Source of the DNA: Dehalococcoidia bacterium
GTDB taxonomy: Bacteria; Chloroflexota; Dehalococcoidia; Plut-88900
NCBI GenBank assembly: GCA_965197585.1
Contig: OZ240215.1
Coordinates: 2,784,001-2,848,000 of the forward strand
Length of the DNA stretch: 64,000 nt
Direction: 5' to 3'
Part shown: positions 31,287 to 42,905 of the stretch, in pieces
How the letters are laid out: each line of letters starts with the position of its first letter
How positions within the stretch are numbered: position 1 is the stretch's first letter
Translations under genes and position numbers: made by a program
The notes under the pieces: model-generated
The model's input: only the letters and a program-made list of their open reading frames with translations
Told to the model about the DNA's origin: nothing
Database searches by the model: none

Positions 31287-32408
31287 TTGGTTAACAGACT
31301 CGTCGTTCTCATAGCGGCAACAGTCGTAGCCGTGGGTCTGCTGGTGGGCTGCCAGGGTGGGGCGTCGCTGCCCACAGATGTTCCCGACTCCACGGCCACA
31401 CGCGTGGCGACGCTTACGGCCACATCCGCACCGGCGCATAAGGCTACACACGCACCGACGCCCACGCTGACTCCCGTACCGGCATCTACGGCTGCACCTG
31501 TGCCGATGCCTACGCTGACTCCCGTGCCGACACCAACGCCCAGCCTCGTACCGACACCAACACCCACCCCAACTCCAACGCCCACTCCTACTCCTACTCC
31601 CATCCCACTCGAGGAACGAACTTATCTTTATGAACCCATAAACCCACCTATGGCTCCGGCAATCATGTATTGGGATTGGGAGGCTAATAAGGACCACTTA
31701 AGAGAAATGGTAACAGACTTCACTATACACAACGATGTTGGTGACTGGTCCGACAAACATGGGCATTACTTATTTCTGATGCAAAATCGCATCTCAGATG
31801 TGTTGTTCTACGTTGGACTACAGACGGACGTCCAAGCGCAGGAGCCGCCATATAGACGCGGCAAGGGTGTGATTTTCTCGCGTTGGGGGACCCGGGACTT
31901 GGCCAACGCGAAGTACTCGGAAACAGAGGGTTGGGCCCAGTCGTCGGGGCACGAGGGCGATTTTATCGGAGTGCGGCGGTCATACGACTGGGGCGTCGGA
32001 GACTACAGAGTTCGGATTAGCCCCGACGGCTTGGAATCTGACGGTGAATGGTTCAGCGTTTGGATTACGAATCTTGGCGCGGGTGATACAACTTGGATCG
32101 GATCTCTGAAATTTCCCCTGCTCAATGGCACTGCCGCTATGAAACCCAATTCTCTGGCAACTGTTGAGGTATATGGAATTGGACCTATCCGGCCCATAGA
32201 CATTCCCCAGTGGCATGTGAGCGTAAAGAGGCCGTTGGGTGATAACGAACTAGCCTCGAGAGGTCTTGTTAGTTATCCATGGGACAAATCTGAGAACGCA
32301 CTGTTCAATTCGAATCTCTGGTACGATCACTCAGAAGACCGGGCGCACCTGCTTGTGGGAGGGACCACAGAACGCAAGACTAGTCAAGAATGGATATTCT
32401 TCGAGTAA
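31287..32408 (+). CDS. Lipoprotein with Pro/Thr stalk and DUF3472-like domain
   Basis: LVGC lipobox; PT repeats; YVGLQT, GVIFSRW, HEG. Confidence 0.65.
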   Translation: MVNRLVVLIAATVVAVGLLVGCQGGASLPTDVPDSTATRVATLTATSAPAHKATHAPTPTLTPVPASTAAPVPMPTLTPVPTPTPSLVPTPTPTPTPTPTPTPTPIPLEERTYLYEPINPPMAPAIMYWDWEANKDHLREMVTDFTIHNDVGDWSDKHGHYLFLMQNRISDVLFYVGLQTDVQAQEPPYRRGKGVIFSRWGTRDLANAKYSETEGWAQSSGHEGDFIGVRRSYDWGVGDYRVRISPDGLESDGEWFSVWITNLGAGDTTWIGSLKFPLLNGTAAMKPNSLATVEVYGIGPIRPIDIPQWHVSVKRPLGDNELASRGLVSYPWDKSENALFNSNLWYDHSEDRAHLLVGGTTERKTSQEWIFFE

Positions 32409-32530
32409 ATTCCGGGTGGCTACCTAAAAGCGGAGCAACGTGCGGGATGTGATTGGCAAGTCCTAGATCCCTCGCGGGGCCTCGGGATGACAAGATGACA
32501 GGGAGGCGAGTGCGACCACTAGGGTCGCCT

Positions 32531-33358
32531 CTACGGGGGAAGGGAGGCGAAACGGCCTTCTGATAGGAGGGTTTCGAGGAGGAGGGCGAGGCCTTGTTCG
32601 GAGGCGGGGAGGGTTATGTGGTCGGCGGAGGACTTGACCTTCTCGGAGGCGTTGCCCATCGCCACCCCGAGACCCGCCCATTCGATCATGTCGATGTCGT
32701 TGGGGCTGTCCCCGACGGCGACGACTTCCTCTCTTTTCACGCCTAGGGACGAGGCCAAATGGCTGAGGGCCGCGCTCTTGCTCCCGTCAGGGTGGCCGAT
32801 TTCGCAGAGGTGATCGTAGGTGTGCATGGCGGCCAAGGCGCCGTTGAAGTGGGCATCCACCACGGCCGGAACGTCACTTATGGGCCCTGCATCTCCGGTG
32901 ACGACTATCTTGGTCGGAGGAGACTGGACGTTTCGGACGAGGTCTGAGACGGGGTCGGCTTCGATTTTCAGGACTTTTTCGTACTGGCTCACGGTCTCGG
33001 TCATTTCACGCACATAGAAACGGTCTCGCACAAAGACGTAGGGGTTGAGGCCTCGGTCTTCTAGAAGGCGAATGAGCCCGTGCGCGAGGTGTAGAGGGAT
33101 GGGGGTCTCGCGGACAATCTCGTGGGTTACGGGGTCGGAGGTGAAAGCCCCCTGGTAGCAGATTATGGGCAGGGTGATGCCCAGGGCCCGGCTGAAGGGA
33201 AGTGAGGAGTTGTACATGCGGCCTGTGGCGAGGGTGACCCCAGCCCCGGTTTCCAGGACCCGGGCGACGGCCTGTTTGGTCCGCTCGGTCAGGGGGGTGT
33301 CGGTCTGGCGGTCGTGGAGGGTGCCGTCGATGTCTAAGGCGAGGAGTCTGTAAGTCAT
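32531..33358 (-). CDS. Cof-type HAD-IIB hydrolase
   Basis: LDIDGTL, ATGR, GDSPNDIDM, VAMGNA. Confidence 0.92.
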   Translation of the reverse strand: MTYRLLALDIDGTLHDRQTDTPLTERTKQAVARVLETGAGVTLATGRMYNSSLPFSRALGITLPIICYQGAFTSDPVTHEIVRETPIPLHLAHGLIRLLEDRGLNPYVFVRDRFYVREMTETVSQYEKVLKIEADPVSDLVRNVQSPPTKIVVTGDAGPISDVPAVVDAHFNGALAAMHTYDHLCEIGHPDGSKSAALSHLASSLGVKREEVVAVGDSPNDIDMIEWAGLGVAMGNASEKVKSSADHITLPASEQGLALLLETLLSEGRFASLPP

Positions 33359-34365
33359 TGGGATGACAGGAACCTCGCAAGCTCGTCGATGGGGAAGTCG
33401 GGCATCTCTCGTTCTCCCTCGGGGGTGATCATCACGAAGCCCTGTTCAGGGGGCGTCACGACACCGATTTGAGTAACGGGGATCGCAGCACGCTCCAGGC
33501 CGGCGGTTACGGCGGCGACATGCTCGGGAGCCAGGGTCAATACCAGGGCCCCTGAGGCTAGGAGGCCAAGGGGGTCGAGGTCCAGGCTTTTGCAGAAGGC
33601 GCTGGTCTCGGGGAGGATGGGGATAGCGTCGAGGTTGATCCTGACGCCCGCGCCCGCGGCCCAGCCGATCTCTCGGAGGCCCGTGACCAAGCCACCCTCG
33701 GTAGGGTCGTGCATGGAGTGTATCTTTCCCGCGGCCCGGGCCATGCGCGCATCTTTCAGGACGCTTATGCCGGGGTCGTAGAGGAAGCCTCGGGCCGTCT
33801 CAATAGCAGAGCCAGGGACTCCTTTAGCGGCTAGGACGGAAGCTGACTCCCGGGCCAGGACGGCCGACCCTTCAATAGCAATGGCCTTGGTAAGGAGAAT
33901 TGCGTCGCCGATCTGGGCGGCGGAGGTGGGGGTAAGGTCGGATGGGTGTGCCTCGCCGAGCATTGCGCCCATGACTATGGGCCTGCGGATGTCATAGGTG
34001 ACCTCGGTGTGGCCGCCGATCAGGGAGACCCCGATGTCTTTGCAGGCATCGGCGATCTGGCGGAAGGCCTTCTCGATTTGGGACTCGGGCATGTTCTCGG
34101 GGACGAGGAGGGTGGCAAGGAACCAGCGGGGCTCGGCGCCCGTGGCGGCGATGTCATTGGCATTGACGTGGACGGAGTACCAGCCTATCTCGTCAGAGGC
34201 GAATGTGATGGGGTCGGTCTTGGCGACCAGGACTCGGTCGTCAGACATGGAGATGACTGCTGCGTCCTCACCGATGCCCGGGCCGATGAGGACACGGGGG
34301 TCGGAGATTGGGGCGTCGGAGAGGAGTCGGTGAAGGAGGTCTGGGGGGAGTTTACCTACTTGCAT
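33355..34365 (-). CDS. AIR synthase-related (HypE/ThiL-like) protein
   Basis: GEDAAV, KTDPIT, NANDIA, GGHTE, MHDPTEGG. Confidence 0.88.
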   Translation of the reverse strand: MQVGKLPPDLLHRLLSDAPISDPRVLIGPGIGEDAAVISMSDDRVLVAKTDPITFASDEIGWYSVHVNANDIAATGAEPRWFLATLLVPENMPESQIEKAFRQIADACKDIGVSLIGGHTEVTYDIRRPIVMGAMLGEAHPSDLTPTSAAQIGDAILLTKAIAIEGSAVLARESASVLAAKGVPGSAIETARGFLYDPGISVLKDARMARAAGKIHSMHDPTEGGLVTGLREIGWAAGAGVRINLDAIPILPETSAFCKSLDLDPLGLLASGALVLTLAPEHVAAVTAGLERAAIPVTQIGVVTPPEQGFVMITPEGEREMPDFPIDELARFLSSQ

Positions 34366-34531
34366 CGGGGGGATGATAACACGGGGGGAGGAGGGCGCTC
34401 CCCCGCCCCGCTCATACTTCGATCCGCCTACGGCGGACTTACAGCGGGTTTCCGCCTCAGGCGGATCTTCGACAGCGGGAGCGGCCTCTCCCTCCGGATT
34501 TCCGATCGGAGTTGGGAATTATGGGGAAGGG

Positions 34532-34930
34532 TCAGGTCCTGGCGTCGAGCCTGCTGAGTTGTCCCGACCAGTGGAGGATGCGGTCGTCAGCAGTGACGAG
34601 TTGATGGCCCTCAAGGGCGGTTGCGACAATGATGCGGTCAGCGGGGTCGGCGTGGAGATCGGCAAGCTCAGCGGCGCGGATACCGATGAGGCCAGTGAGC
34701 GGCACTTCCACCATTCCCTGCTCCAATTGGGACAGCCGCCACGAGGCAACATCTTCAGCAAAATGGATGCGTCTCTTCTGTTTGAGCATTGCCACTTCCC
34801 AGAAGGAAATGGCGGAAATGGCAACCTGCCCCACTCTCGATTCACGGTCAATGGTCTGCCGGGACCGGGGGCCTAATCTCCGGTCACCCGCTCTAAGCCA
34901 AAGCATGACCTGTGTATCGAGTAGAATCAC
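34532..34930 (-). CDS. vapC: VapC PIN-domain toxin
   Basis: ILLDTQV, SAISFWEV, DPADRIIVATA, LVTAD. Confidence 0.9.
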   Translation of the reverse strand: MILLDTQVMLWLRAGDRRLGPRSRQTIDRESRVGQVAISAISFWEVAMLKQKRRIHFAEDVASWRLSQLEQGMVEVPLTGLIGIRAAELADLHADPADRIIVATALEGHQLVTADDRILHWSGQLSRLDART

Positions 34931-34944
34931 GTTGGAATGTCCGG

Positions 34945-35202
34945 CTACTTGCCGTCCAAGAGACCCTGATCGGCTTCCCATTCCACATCCAGGGGAGAGA
35001 CGATGTCGCCGAGTATCTTGATTTTCCCCCTGTCGGCACCGAAGAAAGTGTCGGGCCGCTTGCGGTAGGGGGCGAGCCTCGATACGGGGCGGCCGTTCTT
35101 GGTTATGATGATCTCCTGTCCACTCTCGGCGACCTCGTCCATGAGCTTCAGGCATTTGGCCTTGAACTCAGAGGCCTTTATGGTCCTAACTCCCGTAGCC
35201 AT
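34945..35202 (-). CDS. Phd/YefM antitoxin
   Basis: ASEFKAKCLKLMDEV...IIITKNGRPV. Confidence 0.9.
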   Translation of the reverse strand: MATGVRTIKASEFKAKCLKLMDEVAESGQEIIITKNGRPVSRLAPYRKRPDTFFGADRGKIKILGDIVSPLDVEWEADQGLLDGK

Positions 35203-35356
35203 GCCGTCATTCATGGTCATCGACCCGCTCCCGATTCTAGGATGCTTAAATGATACCATGGTCACGACCATAGTCATATCTCTTTTAAGCAACCCGGGCC
35301 AGTGGAAGAAACGAGAGCTCCGTACGCAAGCCCTTTTGCCAGAGGGTGACAGCAGG

Positions 35357-36085
35357 CTATGGGTGGCCGGTTAGGATGTCCAGGAGGCGGCGGCTTTGGA
35401 AGCGCATGACCCAGATTACGCTGGCGGCGGCGAGGCCGGCGGCAGCGAGTAACAGGGCCAATCCGACGAACTTGATGGGCTCCACCCAACGGTCCATAGC
35501 CTCCAGGGTCCCGAGGGTTGAGAGGAGCGGGTCGCCGGGGGTGGCGGGATTCAGCTCAGCGGCGATGGAGTGGTCCCAGTATCCAGAGGCAATCAAGCCC
35601 TGAACGACACCCAGAACGAGGGCCGCTACCAAAATGGTTAGACCAGCCAATGTGAAGAGGGGGAAGAGTCGGGCGGTGATGGGGGGGCCGGGCAGGATGA
35701 CGGTGACGCCGAGGGACTGCTGCACTGTGGCGCCGGAAACCCGGAGACTGCCAAGGATGATGGTGAAAAGCTGAAGAATGCTCGCCAGGACCAGGCCGAT
35801 CCCCAGAAATTGCAGCTCCGGCAGCCAGGCTCCGACGGATTCGATGAATATCCTCTTTTCCACGATGTCCGTGCCTGAGGCTGCCGCCTCGCGCTCCGCT
35901 GCAGAGAATGCGAAGTAGTCGGCGGCAACCAGGCCGTTGATAACGCCGAGGACAAAGGCGGCGGCGGAGAGTATCAGGCCCATGAACATGAGAGGCGCCC
36001 ACAGGCGGACGGCGAGAGTTTGGGCGCGGGTAAAGCCGACAGCGGGTCGGGCGATGGCTTCGGCGGCGCTTTCGAGGGTGGTCAT
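35357..36085 (-). CDS. Hypothetical membrane protein with two internal repeats
   Basis: Four TM segments in a duplicated arrangement. Confidence 0.7.
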   Translation of the reverse strand: MTTLESAAEAIARPAVGFTRAQTLAVRLWAPLMFMGLILSAAAFVLGVINGLVAADYFAFSAAEREAAASGTDIVEKRIFIESVGAWLPELQFLGIGLVLASILQLFTIILGSLRVSGATVQQSLGVTVILPGPPITARLFPLFTLAGLTILVAALVLGVVQGLIASGYWDHSIAAELNPATPGDPLLSTLGTLEAMDRWVEPIKFVGLALLLAAAGLAAASVIWVMRFQSRRLLDILTGHP

Positions 36086-36534
36086 TGTCGCTCCTTGGCG
36101 TCGGGGGCGGGCCCTCCAGAGGCGGATGTGCCACTTTCAGCCCTGTCCAAGTTTTCCATGCTCCTGAGTGAGGGGAGTATCAGGGCGGATACGGTCATTC
36201 TGAGCCTTACGGCAGCGACCCAGCGCCAGAGGAGAAGGCCTACGCCAACCAGCATCAGGGTGATCCCCTGGTAGGGCAGCAGGGCGAGCCACTCGGCACG
36301 GGAGGCTAGGTCGGCTTGATGGAGGGCTATGGGGTCGGCGGGTGGGGCAGAAGTGCGGGTTTCCAGGGAGGATGAGTTCACGACGCTAGACGTTTCCGAG
36401 GCATCGGCCCAGAAAAAGGCAGCGAGGCCAATGATGACCAGGCCGGCAGCGATTAGAAAGAGGGAGGCGAGGGTCAGGAGGGGGCCTCGGAAGGCCTCCT
36501 TTTCCAGTTTCTCTATGGCGGGTTGGGAGATCAA
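36082..36534 (-). CDS. Hypothetical membrane protein
   Basis: Two TM segments; 4-bp overlap with next gene. Confidence 0.65.
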   Translation of the reverse strand: MISQPAIEKLEKEAFRGPLLTLASLFLIAAGLVIIGLAAFFWADASETSSVVNSSSLETRTSAPPADPIALHQADLASRAEWLALLPYQGITLMLVGVGLLLWRWVAAVRLRMTVSALILPSLRSMENLDRAESGTSASGGPAPDAKERQ

Positions 36535-36696
36535 AGTGGGTAGCGCGTGCGGAGAGCGGGCCCATGTTCCATCGGGGAATTATAAGGGTGTGGGGAAGGG
36601 GTTACATCTTCTCGCGTTGTGAGTGAATCTTCGCTATACAGGAGGCGCACTTGCAGTCGGCTCTGGGGATGGAATGGCGGAGGGATGGGAGGTGGA

Positions 36697-37425
36697 TCAG
36701 GCGGGGTTGGGTTTGGCGCCCCAGTGGAGGGCGACAATTCCCATGTTCATTCGCCGGTAGCCGACCTGATCGAGGCCGGCGGCTCGGAGGAGGTCGGCGA
36801 GGCCGTTGACGTCGGGGAAGCGGTCTATGGACTCGGAGAGGTAAGAGTAGGATGAGCGGTCGTCGGCTAACACGTGACCGAGCAGGGGGACGAAGCGGCG
36901 TACATAAAAGTTGACAAGGGGTTTGAGGGGCGACCGGCCTTTGACCGGGCTGAGATCGAGGACGGCGACACGACCCCCTGGCCGTACCACGCGAACCATC
37001 TCCGAAATGCACTTCTCCAGGTCCTCGACGTTGCGAAGGGCGAAGCTGGAGACGACGCAGAGGAAGGAATCGTCTGCGAATGGTAGGGCAAGGGCGTCGG
37101 CCTCAAGGAATGAGACAGGACACGCGGCGGAACGCTCCGAGGACTTGCGGGAGGCGACCTTGAGCATTGCCCGGGACAGGTCTACAGCGACGACGGAAGT
37201 GACGTTGGCCTGTTCTCCGAGGGTGAAGGCGAGGTCGCCAGTACCGGTGGCAACGTCGAGGCCTGGGCCTTGGCCCTGTGCCTCACTTGCAGCGATGGCG
37301 GTGGCCCTCTTCCAGCAGCGATGCCTTCCCAGGGTGATTATGGTGTTGAGGATGTCGTAGCGGCGGGCGAGGCGGGAGAACATCCTCTCAACGTCTCGGG
37401 CGGGGGGACCTTTGGGTGTAGGCAT
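36697..37425 (-). CDS. UbiE/MenG-family methyltransferase
   Basis: MFSRLARRYD, LDVATGTGD, FALRNV, YSYLSESI. Confidence 0.88.
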   Translation of the reverse strand: MPTPKGPPARDVERMFSRLARRYDILNTIITLGRHRCWKRATAIAASEAQGQGPGLDVATGTGDLAFTLGEQANVTSVVAVDLSRAMLKVASRKSSERSAACPVSFLEADALALPFADDSFLCVVSSFALRNVEDLEKCISEMVRVVRPGGRVAVLDLSPVKGRSPLKPLVNFYVRRFVPLLGHVLADDRSSYSYLSESIDRFPDVNGLADLLRAAGLDQVGYRRMNMGIVALHWGAKPNPA

Positions 37426-37430
37426 GGTGT

Positions 37431-38039
37431 CTATGGGGACGGTAGGGGAAGGATGATCTGTATTTCGTCGGGGGGGCCGGCGGCTTCGTAGGTGTCCTGG
37501 AGCCAGCACAGGCCAACGTAGGCTGCGGTCACGGCATCAAGCTCATCATGGACACGCTTGGGCTTGTCATCGGTGAACCGGATGCCGAGTCTAAGGAGCC
37601 CTTCGAGCAGAGCATCTTCTCCACGCTGCTTTCTCGGGAGACCTAGCCTGTCCTGGGCCGCGCCGGGGTATACCTCGATCACCTTGACGCCCATGGACTC
37701 CAGGGTCTCCCGGAGTCGAATAGACCGCAGCGTAAGGTTCACCATGGAGGGAAGCAGAGTCCAGAAGGGGTGGTAGCCCATGCGGGAGACGGCCCTATCT
37801 GCGGAGCGGACGATGCCGTGGACAGCGCAGGCACAAGATGGGTCGGCACAGCAGCGGCCCTTGGGGAGGGAGAGGGGCGCGTCGATGGCGACGACGTCAG
37901 GCTGGGTCTCGCGGATTGCCTGGAGGATGTCGGCGTCGGTCCTCACGATCCGGGACTCCGCGGCAAGGCTCTCATCGATGATGGCCAGACCGGACCTCTT
38001 TCGCTCGGAGCCGCTGGGATCGAGGCCGAGGGAGATCAA
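37431..38039 (-). CDS. DUF429 family (RNase H-like fold) protein
   Basis: GLD, AIDAPLSLP, IEVYP, HDELDA. Confidence 0.82.
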   Translation of the reverse strand: MISLGLDPSGSERKRSGLAIIDESLAAESRIVRTDADILQAIRETQPDVVAIDAPLSLPKGRCCADPSCACAVHGIVRSADRAVSRMGYHPFWTLLPSMVNLTLRSIRLRETLESMGVKVIEVYPGAAQDRLGLPRKQRGEDALLEGLLRLGIRFTDDKPKRVHDELDAVTAAYVGLCWLQDTYEAAGPPDEIQIILPLPSP

Positions 38040-38136
38040 AGGCGGCCTCGGGTGGTGGGAGTCTGCCTGTCGCTGGACGCTCGCACATAAAGGTCAGTAA
38101 GTGAAAGATGCTGAGGTCTTTTCATACCATCTTCCA

Positions 38137-38583
38137 TTAGTGTGTTTCGAAGTCATTGTACTTGGAAGCGGTACCCATCTCTATAATGGCATAAGATTCA
38201 AAAAGCGCCTGCTCTAGTTGGTTGGTAATTGATACTGACCGAAAGGTCATGGTGCGCACTCTTTCCCGCTGTCGGCGGTACTCCTCTATGTTAGCTTTTT
38301 CGATATCTTCTGCCTTACCTTTTGGGTGGTTTAGCACTTCTCTCAACAATTTGAAGGCGAAAGTAGCTGAATAACGGTCCGAACTGTCCGCTCCATGTTC
38401 CCGGATACGTCTCCGCATGTTGTTAGATCGGCCCACGTAGATCGGCTCGCCATTTTCATATAAAACGTATATGCCTTCCTGAGGGGCTTCAAGATAGGAT
38501 TGACAACTCAACTCTTCGCTCTCTTTGAGCTTTTTCATGAGCGGCTTCATCTTATCGATGGCCTTCCAAAAGACCGTGTCCAT
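38137..38583 (-). CDS. GIY-YIG nuclease family protein (low GC)
   Basis: GIYVL...IYVGRS..MRRRI.EH. Confidence 0.85.
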   Translation of the reverse strand: MDTVFWKAIDKMKPLMKKLKESEELSCQSYLEAPQEGIYVLYENGEPIYVGRSNNMRRRIREHGADSSDRYSATFAFKLLREVLNHPKGKAEDIEKANIEEYRRQRERVRTMTFRSVSITNQLEQALFESYAIIEMGTASKYNDFETH

Positions 38584-38828
38584 ATAACGTGTAGCCTTCA
38601 GTCGTGTTGTATTGCCTATCTCGGCTAAATTGGTGTAGTTGCCTCTTATCCAACGGCCCCATCTGCGGCATACAAGCGAAATAGCCAGCCGATAGCGCGC
38701 GGGCTCTCATCGATAATGGCCAGACCGGACCTTTTGCGCTCGGAGCCGCTAGGGTCAAGGCCGAGGGAGATCAAAGGCGGCCTCGGGTTGCGGGGCCGTC
38801 CCTATATTGAGTGCTCGGGGCTCGAGGG

Positions 38829-40577
<1,749 letters not shown>

Positions 40578-40680
40578 GGGGTCCACCTCCCTGGGGGCGC
40601 GGGTTTGGGGCCTGCGCGGATTCTACACAGCCCAGAATCTAATGCAAGGGGTCGGGAGTAGTCAACGCGGGGGCGGGGGG

Positions 40681-41157
40681 TTAGTCGGGAGGGAACATAC
40701 GCATGAGCTCATCGAGAACTTCATGCATTACGGGGAACTCGGCGCGTGTCAGGGCACTGAAGGATACCTGGTCACCAGTGACGGGGTCGAAGACGTGGCG
40801 ATGATAGATGTCGGGTTCGTCGGCGTGCATGTTGTCGTAGCGGAGGACATTTTCTCCCCTGGGGAAATGGGCGTTGTAGCGAAAGCGAAACATGCGAACT
40901 CTATAGGCCTGCGTTCTGTCCACATCCCCTTCCTTGGTCATCTCGAGCACGAGACCGTTGGTGCAAAGGACAAGCCCCTCCAGTCTGATAGCGTCAAACT
41001 GAGAAAAGGGAAGGGAGGTGTAGTGGAACGTTAAGTCCCAGCCGTTGGGCAGAACGAATGGGTGAGCGTCGAGATGCTTTTCGTGAAGGAAGCGGTAGTT
41101 GTCTAAGGAGTTCCAGTTGTGGGGGTCTCTCCGAGGAGATGCTTCAAGCTCAGCCAT
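40681..41157 (-). CDS. DUF6516/TumE-like putative toxin
   Basis: LRYDNMH...YHRH motif; overlaps upstream small gene. Confidence 0.6.
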   Translation of the reverse strand: MAELEASPRRDPHNWNSLDNYRFLHEKHLDAHPFVLPNGWDLTFHYTSLPFSQFDAIRLEGLVLCTNGLVLEMTKEGDVDRTQAYRVRMFRFRYNAHFPRGENVLRYDNMHADEPDIYHRHVFDPVTGDQVSFSALTRAEFPVMHEVLDELMRMFPPD

Positions 41158-41405
41158 TCAAAAGCCCACTTCGAGATATCGTTAGTCTCGCGGATAATGC
41201 CGGCCTGGAGGCAAGTCATCATGACTTCCGAAGACATTTCGTATCGGCGTTCGTAGACCCTGATTTTGCGGCGAATACGGCGTTCGAGTCGAGGTCCGTT
41301 TTCGGCAGCATTTGCCAGAAGGATACAGTTTTTCTCCCGTACCTCGGCCATTAGCTCCTCGTCCGTCATTTTGCGGGCTGGCTTGCGTTCGGCGGAGGTT
41401 ACCAT
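41103..41405 (-). CDS. Putative antitoxin (TumA-like)
   Basis: YERRYEMSSE...DISKW; AAGGAG RBS. Confidence 0.55.
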   Translation of the reverse strand: MVTSAERKPARKMTDEELMAEVREKNCILLANAAENGPRLERRIRRKIRVYERRYEMSSEVMMTCLQAGIIRETNDISKWAFEWLSLKHLLGETPTTGTP

Positions 41406-41483
41406 TACCGGCTCCTTCAAAAAGTGGGCTGTGGATGGCACGGTGTGTACGGGCATTATACACGGGCCGCTGTGTGCATATGC

Positions 41484-42905
41484 CTACACGTCCGCCAAAA
41501 ATTCGTTGTAGTCTACGAGCTTGCGGTAGGCGTTGGCGCTGCGGTGGAAGGTCGGGAAGGAGGGTATGCCCCGAGTCATGAGCTCTTCCCTAAGCCTGAT
41601 CGCCTCGACTTCCTGGTCGACGGGGCAGACGGTGGTGAAGTAGGGCTTCTTGGTCCGATCTCGGTGGTTGGCGAGAATGTTGATCAGGTTCTCGACGTAG
41701 CCCTCGCCCATCGCTTCACGGCGGTCGAGGAGAGAGGTGGTTAGCTCGGTGGTGATGGCGTCGACGAGGGGGTCTCTTTCGAGGATGTCGAGGATGCGGA
41801 CGAGGACCGTCAGGTCGGGGAGGTTGGAGCTGATGTCCAGGGGATTGCGGTAGCTGGCGCCGATGATGGTGAAGAAGGAGGAAAGCTCCTCGTAGCTGGG
41901 CTCGCTGAGGGGGCCGATGGTGAAGCCCTGCTTGGCGAAGGCGTCGGCGGCTGCGACGGACTGGCCGCCGGTGAGGGCCATGATGCCCATGCGCTCGCCG
42001 GTGGACGGGGCAATGTACAGGAGACCCTTGAGCACGTCGACGATCTCTTCGAGGCTGTTGACGCTGATGGCGCCGGCCTGCCGGACAAGAGACTCCCAGA
42101 CGGTGTTCTCGGTGGCGAGGGAGGCGGTGTGGGAGGAGACGGCCCGGGCCCCGTCCGCAGTCTGGCCGCCCTTCCAGATGACGACGGGCTTCCGCTTGCA
42201 TACGTCCTTGAGAACTTCGAAGAAGCGTCGGCCGTCCTTGACGCCTTCGACGTACATGCCGACCATCTTGGTCTCGGGGTCCTGGCCGAGGTATTCGAGG
42301 TAGTCAGGGACGTCGAGGACGATGGCGTTGCCAAGACTCACCAGCTTGCTGACCTTCACCCCGTGCGCCCCCCCGAGCAGGCTGAAGTACATGCTCTGGG
42401 TGCCGCTCTGGCCTATGAAGCCGACGGGTCCTGCCTCGCCGGCGTACTGCTGGGTCGTAAAACGGACGCCGCAGCCGGGGATGAACAGGCCCATGCAGTT
42501 GGGCCCGACCAGCATGAAGTTAGCCTCGCGAGCCATCTCGGAGAGCTGGTTCTGCAGGGCGATGCCCTCCTCCTCGGCGGTCTCTGCGAAGCCGGAGGTG
42601 AAGAATGTCGCGCCTCCGACGCCCTTGTCGATGCACTGCTGGAGGACCATGGGGGCGAACCTGCGGGGGACGGAGACGATGACGAAGTCGATATCGCCGG
42701 GGACGTCCATGAGGCTCTTGAAGTTCTGATACCCCAGCGCCTCGATGTTGGGGATCTCCCTCTCGTCGATCTGGACGGAATAGACGGGGCCCTTGAAGGT
42801 GCTCATGGAGTTGAGCCAGGAGTAGCCGAGGGCCTGCTTGTCTCCGATGACGACGGCGGACTTGGGGTTGAAGAGCCGGTCGAACTTGGCGACGTCGATG
42901 GTCAT
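41484..42905 (-). CDS. NDP-forming acyl-CoA synthetase, CoA-binding alpha subunit
   Basis: TSGFAE, GPNCMG, QSG, SLGN, AVSSHTASL. Confidence 0.9.
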   Translation of the reverse strand: MTIDVAKFDRLFNPKSAVVIGDKQALGYSWLNSMSTFKGPVYSVQIDEREIPNIEALGYQNFKSLMDVPGDIDFVIVSVPRRFAPMVLQQCIDKGVGGATFFTSGFAETAEEEGIALQNQLSEMAREANFMLVGPNCMGLFIPGCGVRFTTQQYAGEAGPVGFIGQSGTQSMYFSLLGGAHGVKVSKLVSLGNAIVLDVPDYLEYLGQDPETKMVGMYVEGVKDGRRFFEVLKDVCKRKPVVIWKGGQTADGARAVSSHTASLATENTVWESLVRQAGAISVNSLEEIVDVLKGLLYIAPSTGERMGIMALTGGQSVAAADAFAKQGFTIGPLSEPSYEELSSFFTIIGASYRNPLDISSNLPDLTVLVRILDILERDPLVDAITTELTTSLLDRREAMGEGYVENLINILANHRDRTKKPYFTTVCPVDQEVEAIRLREELMTRGIPSFPTFHRSANAYRKLVDYNEFLADV

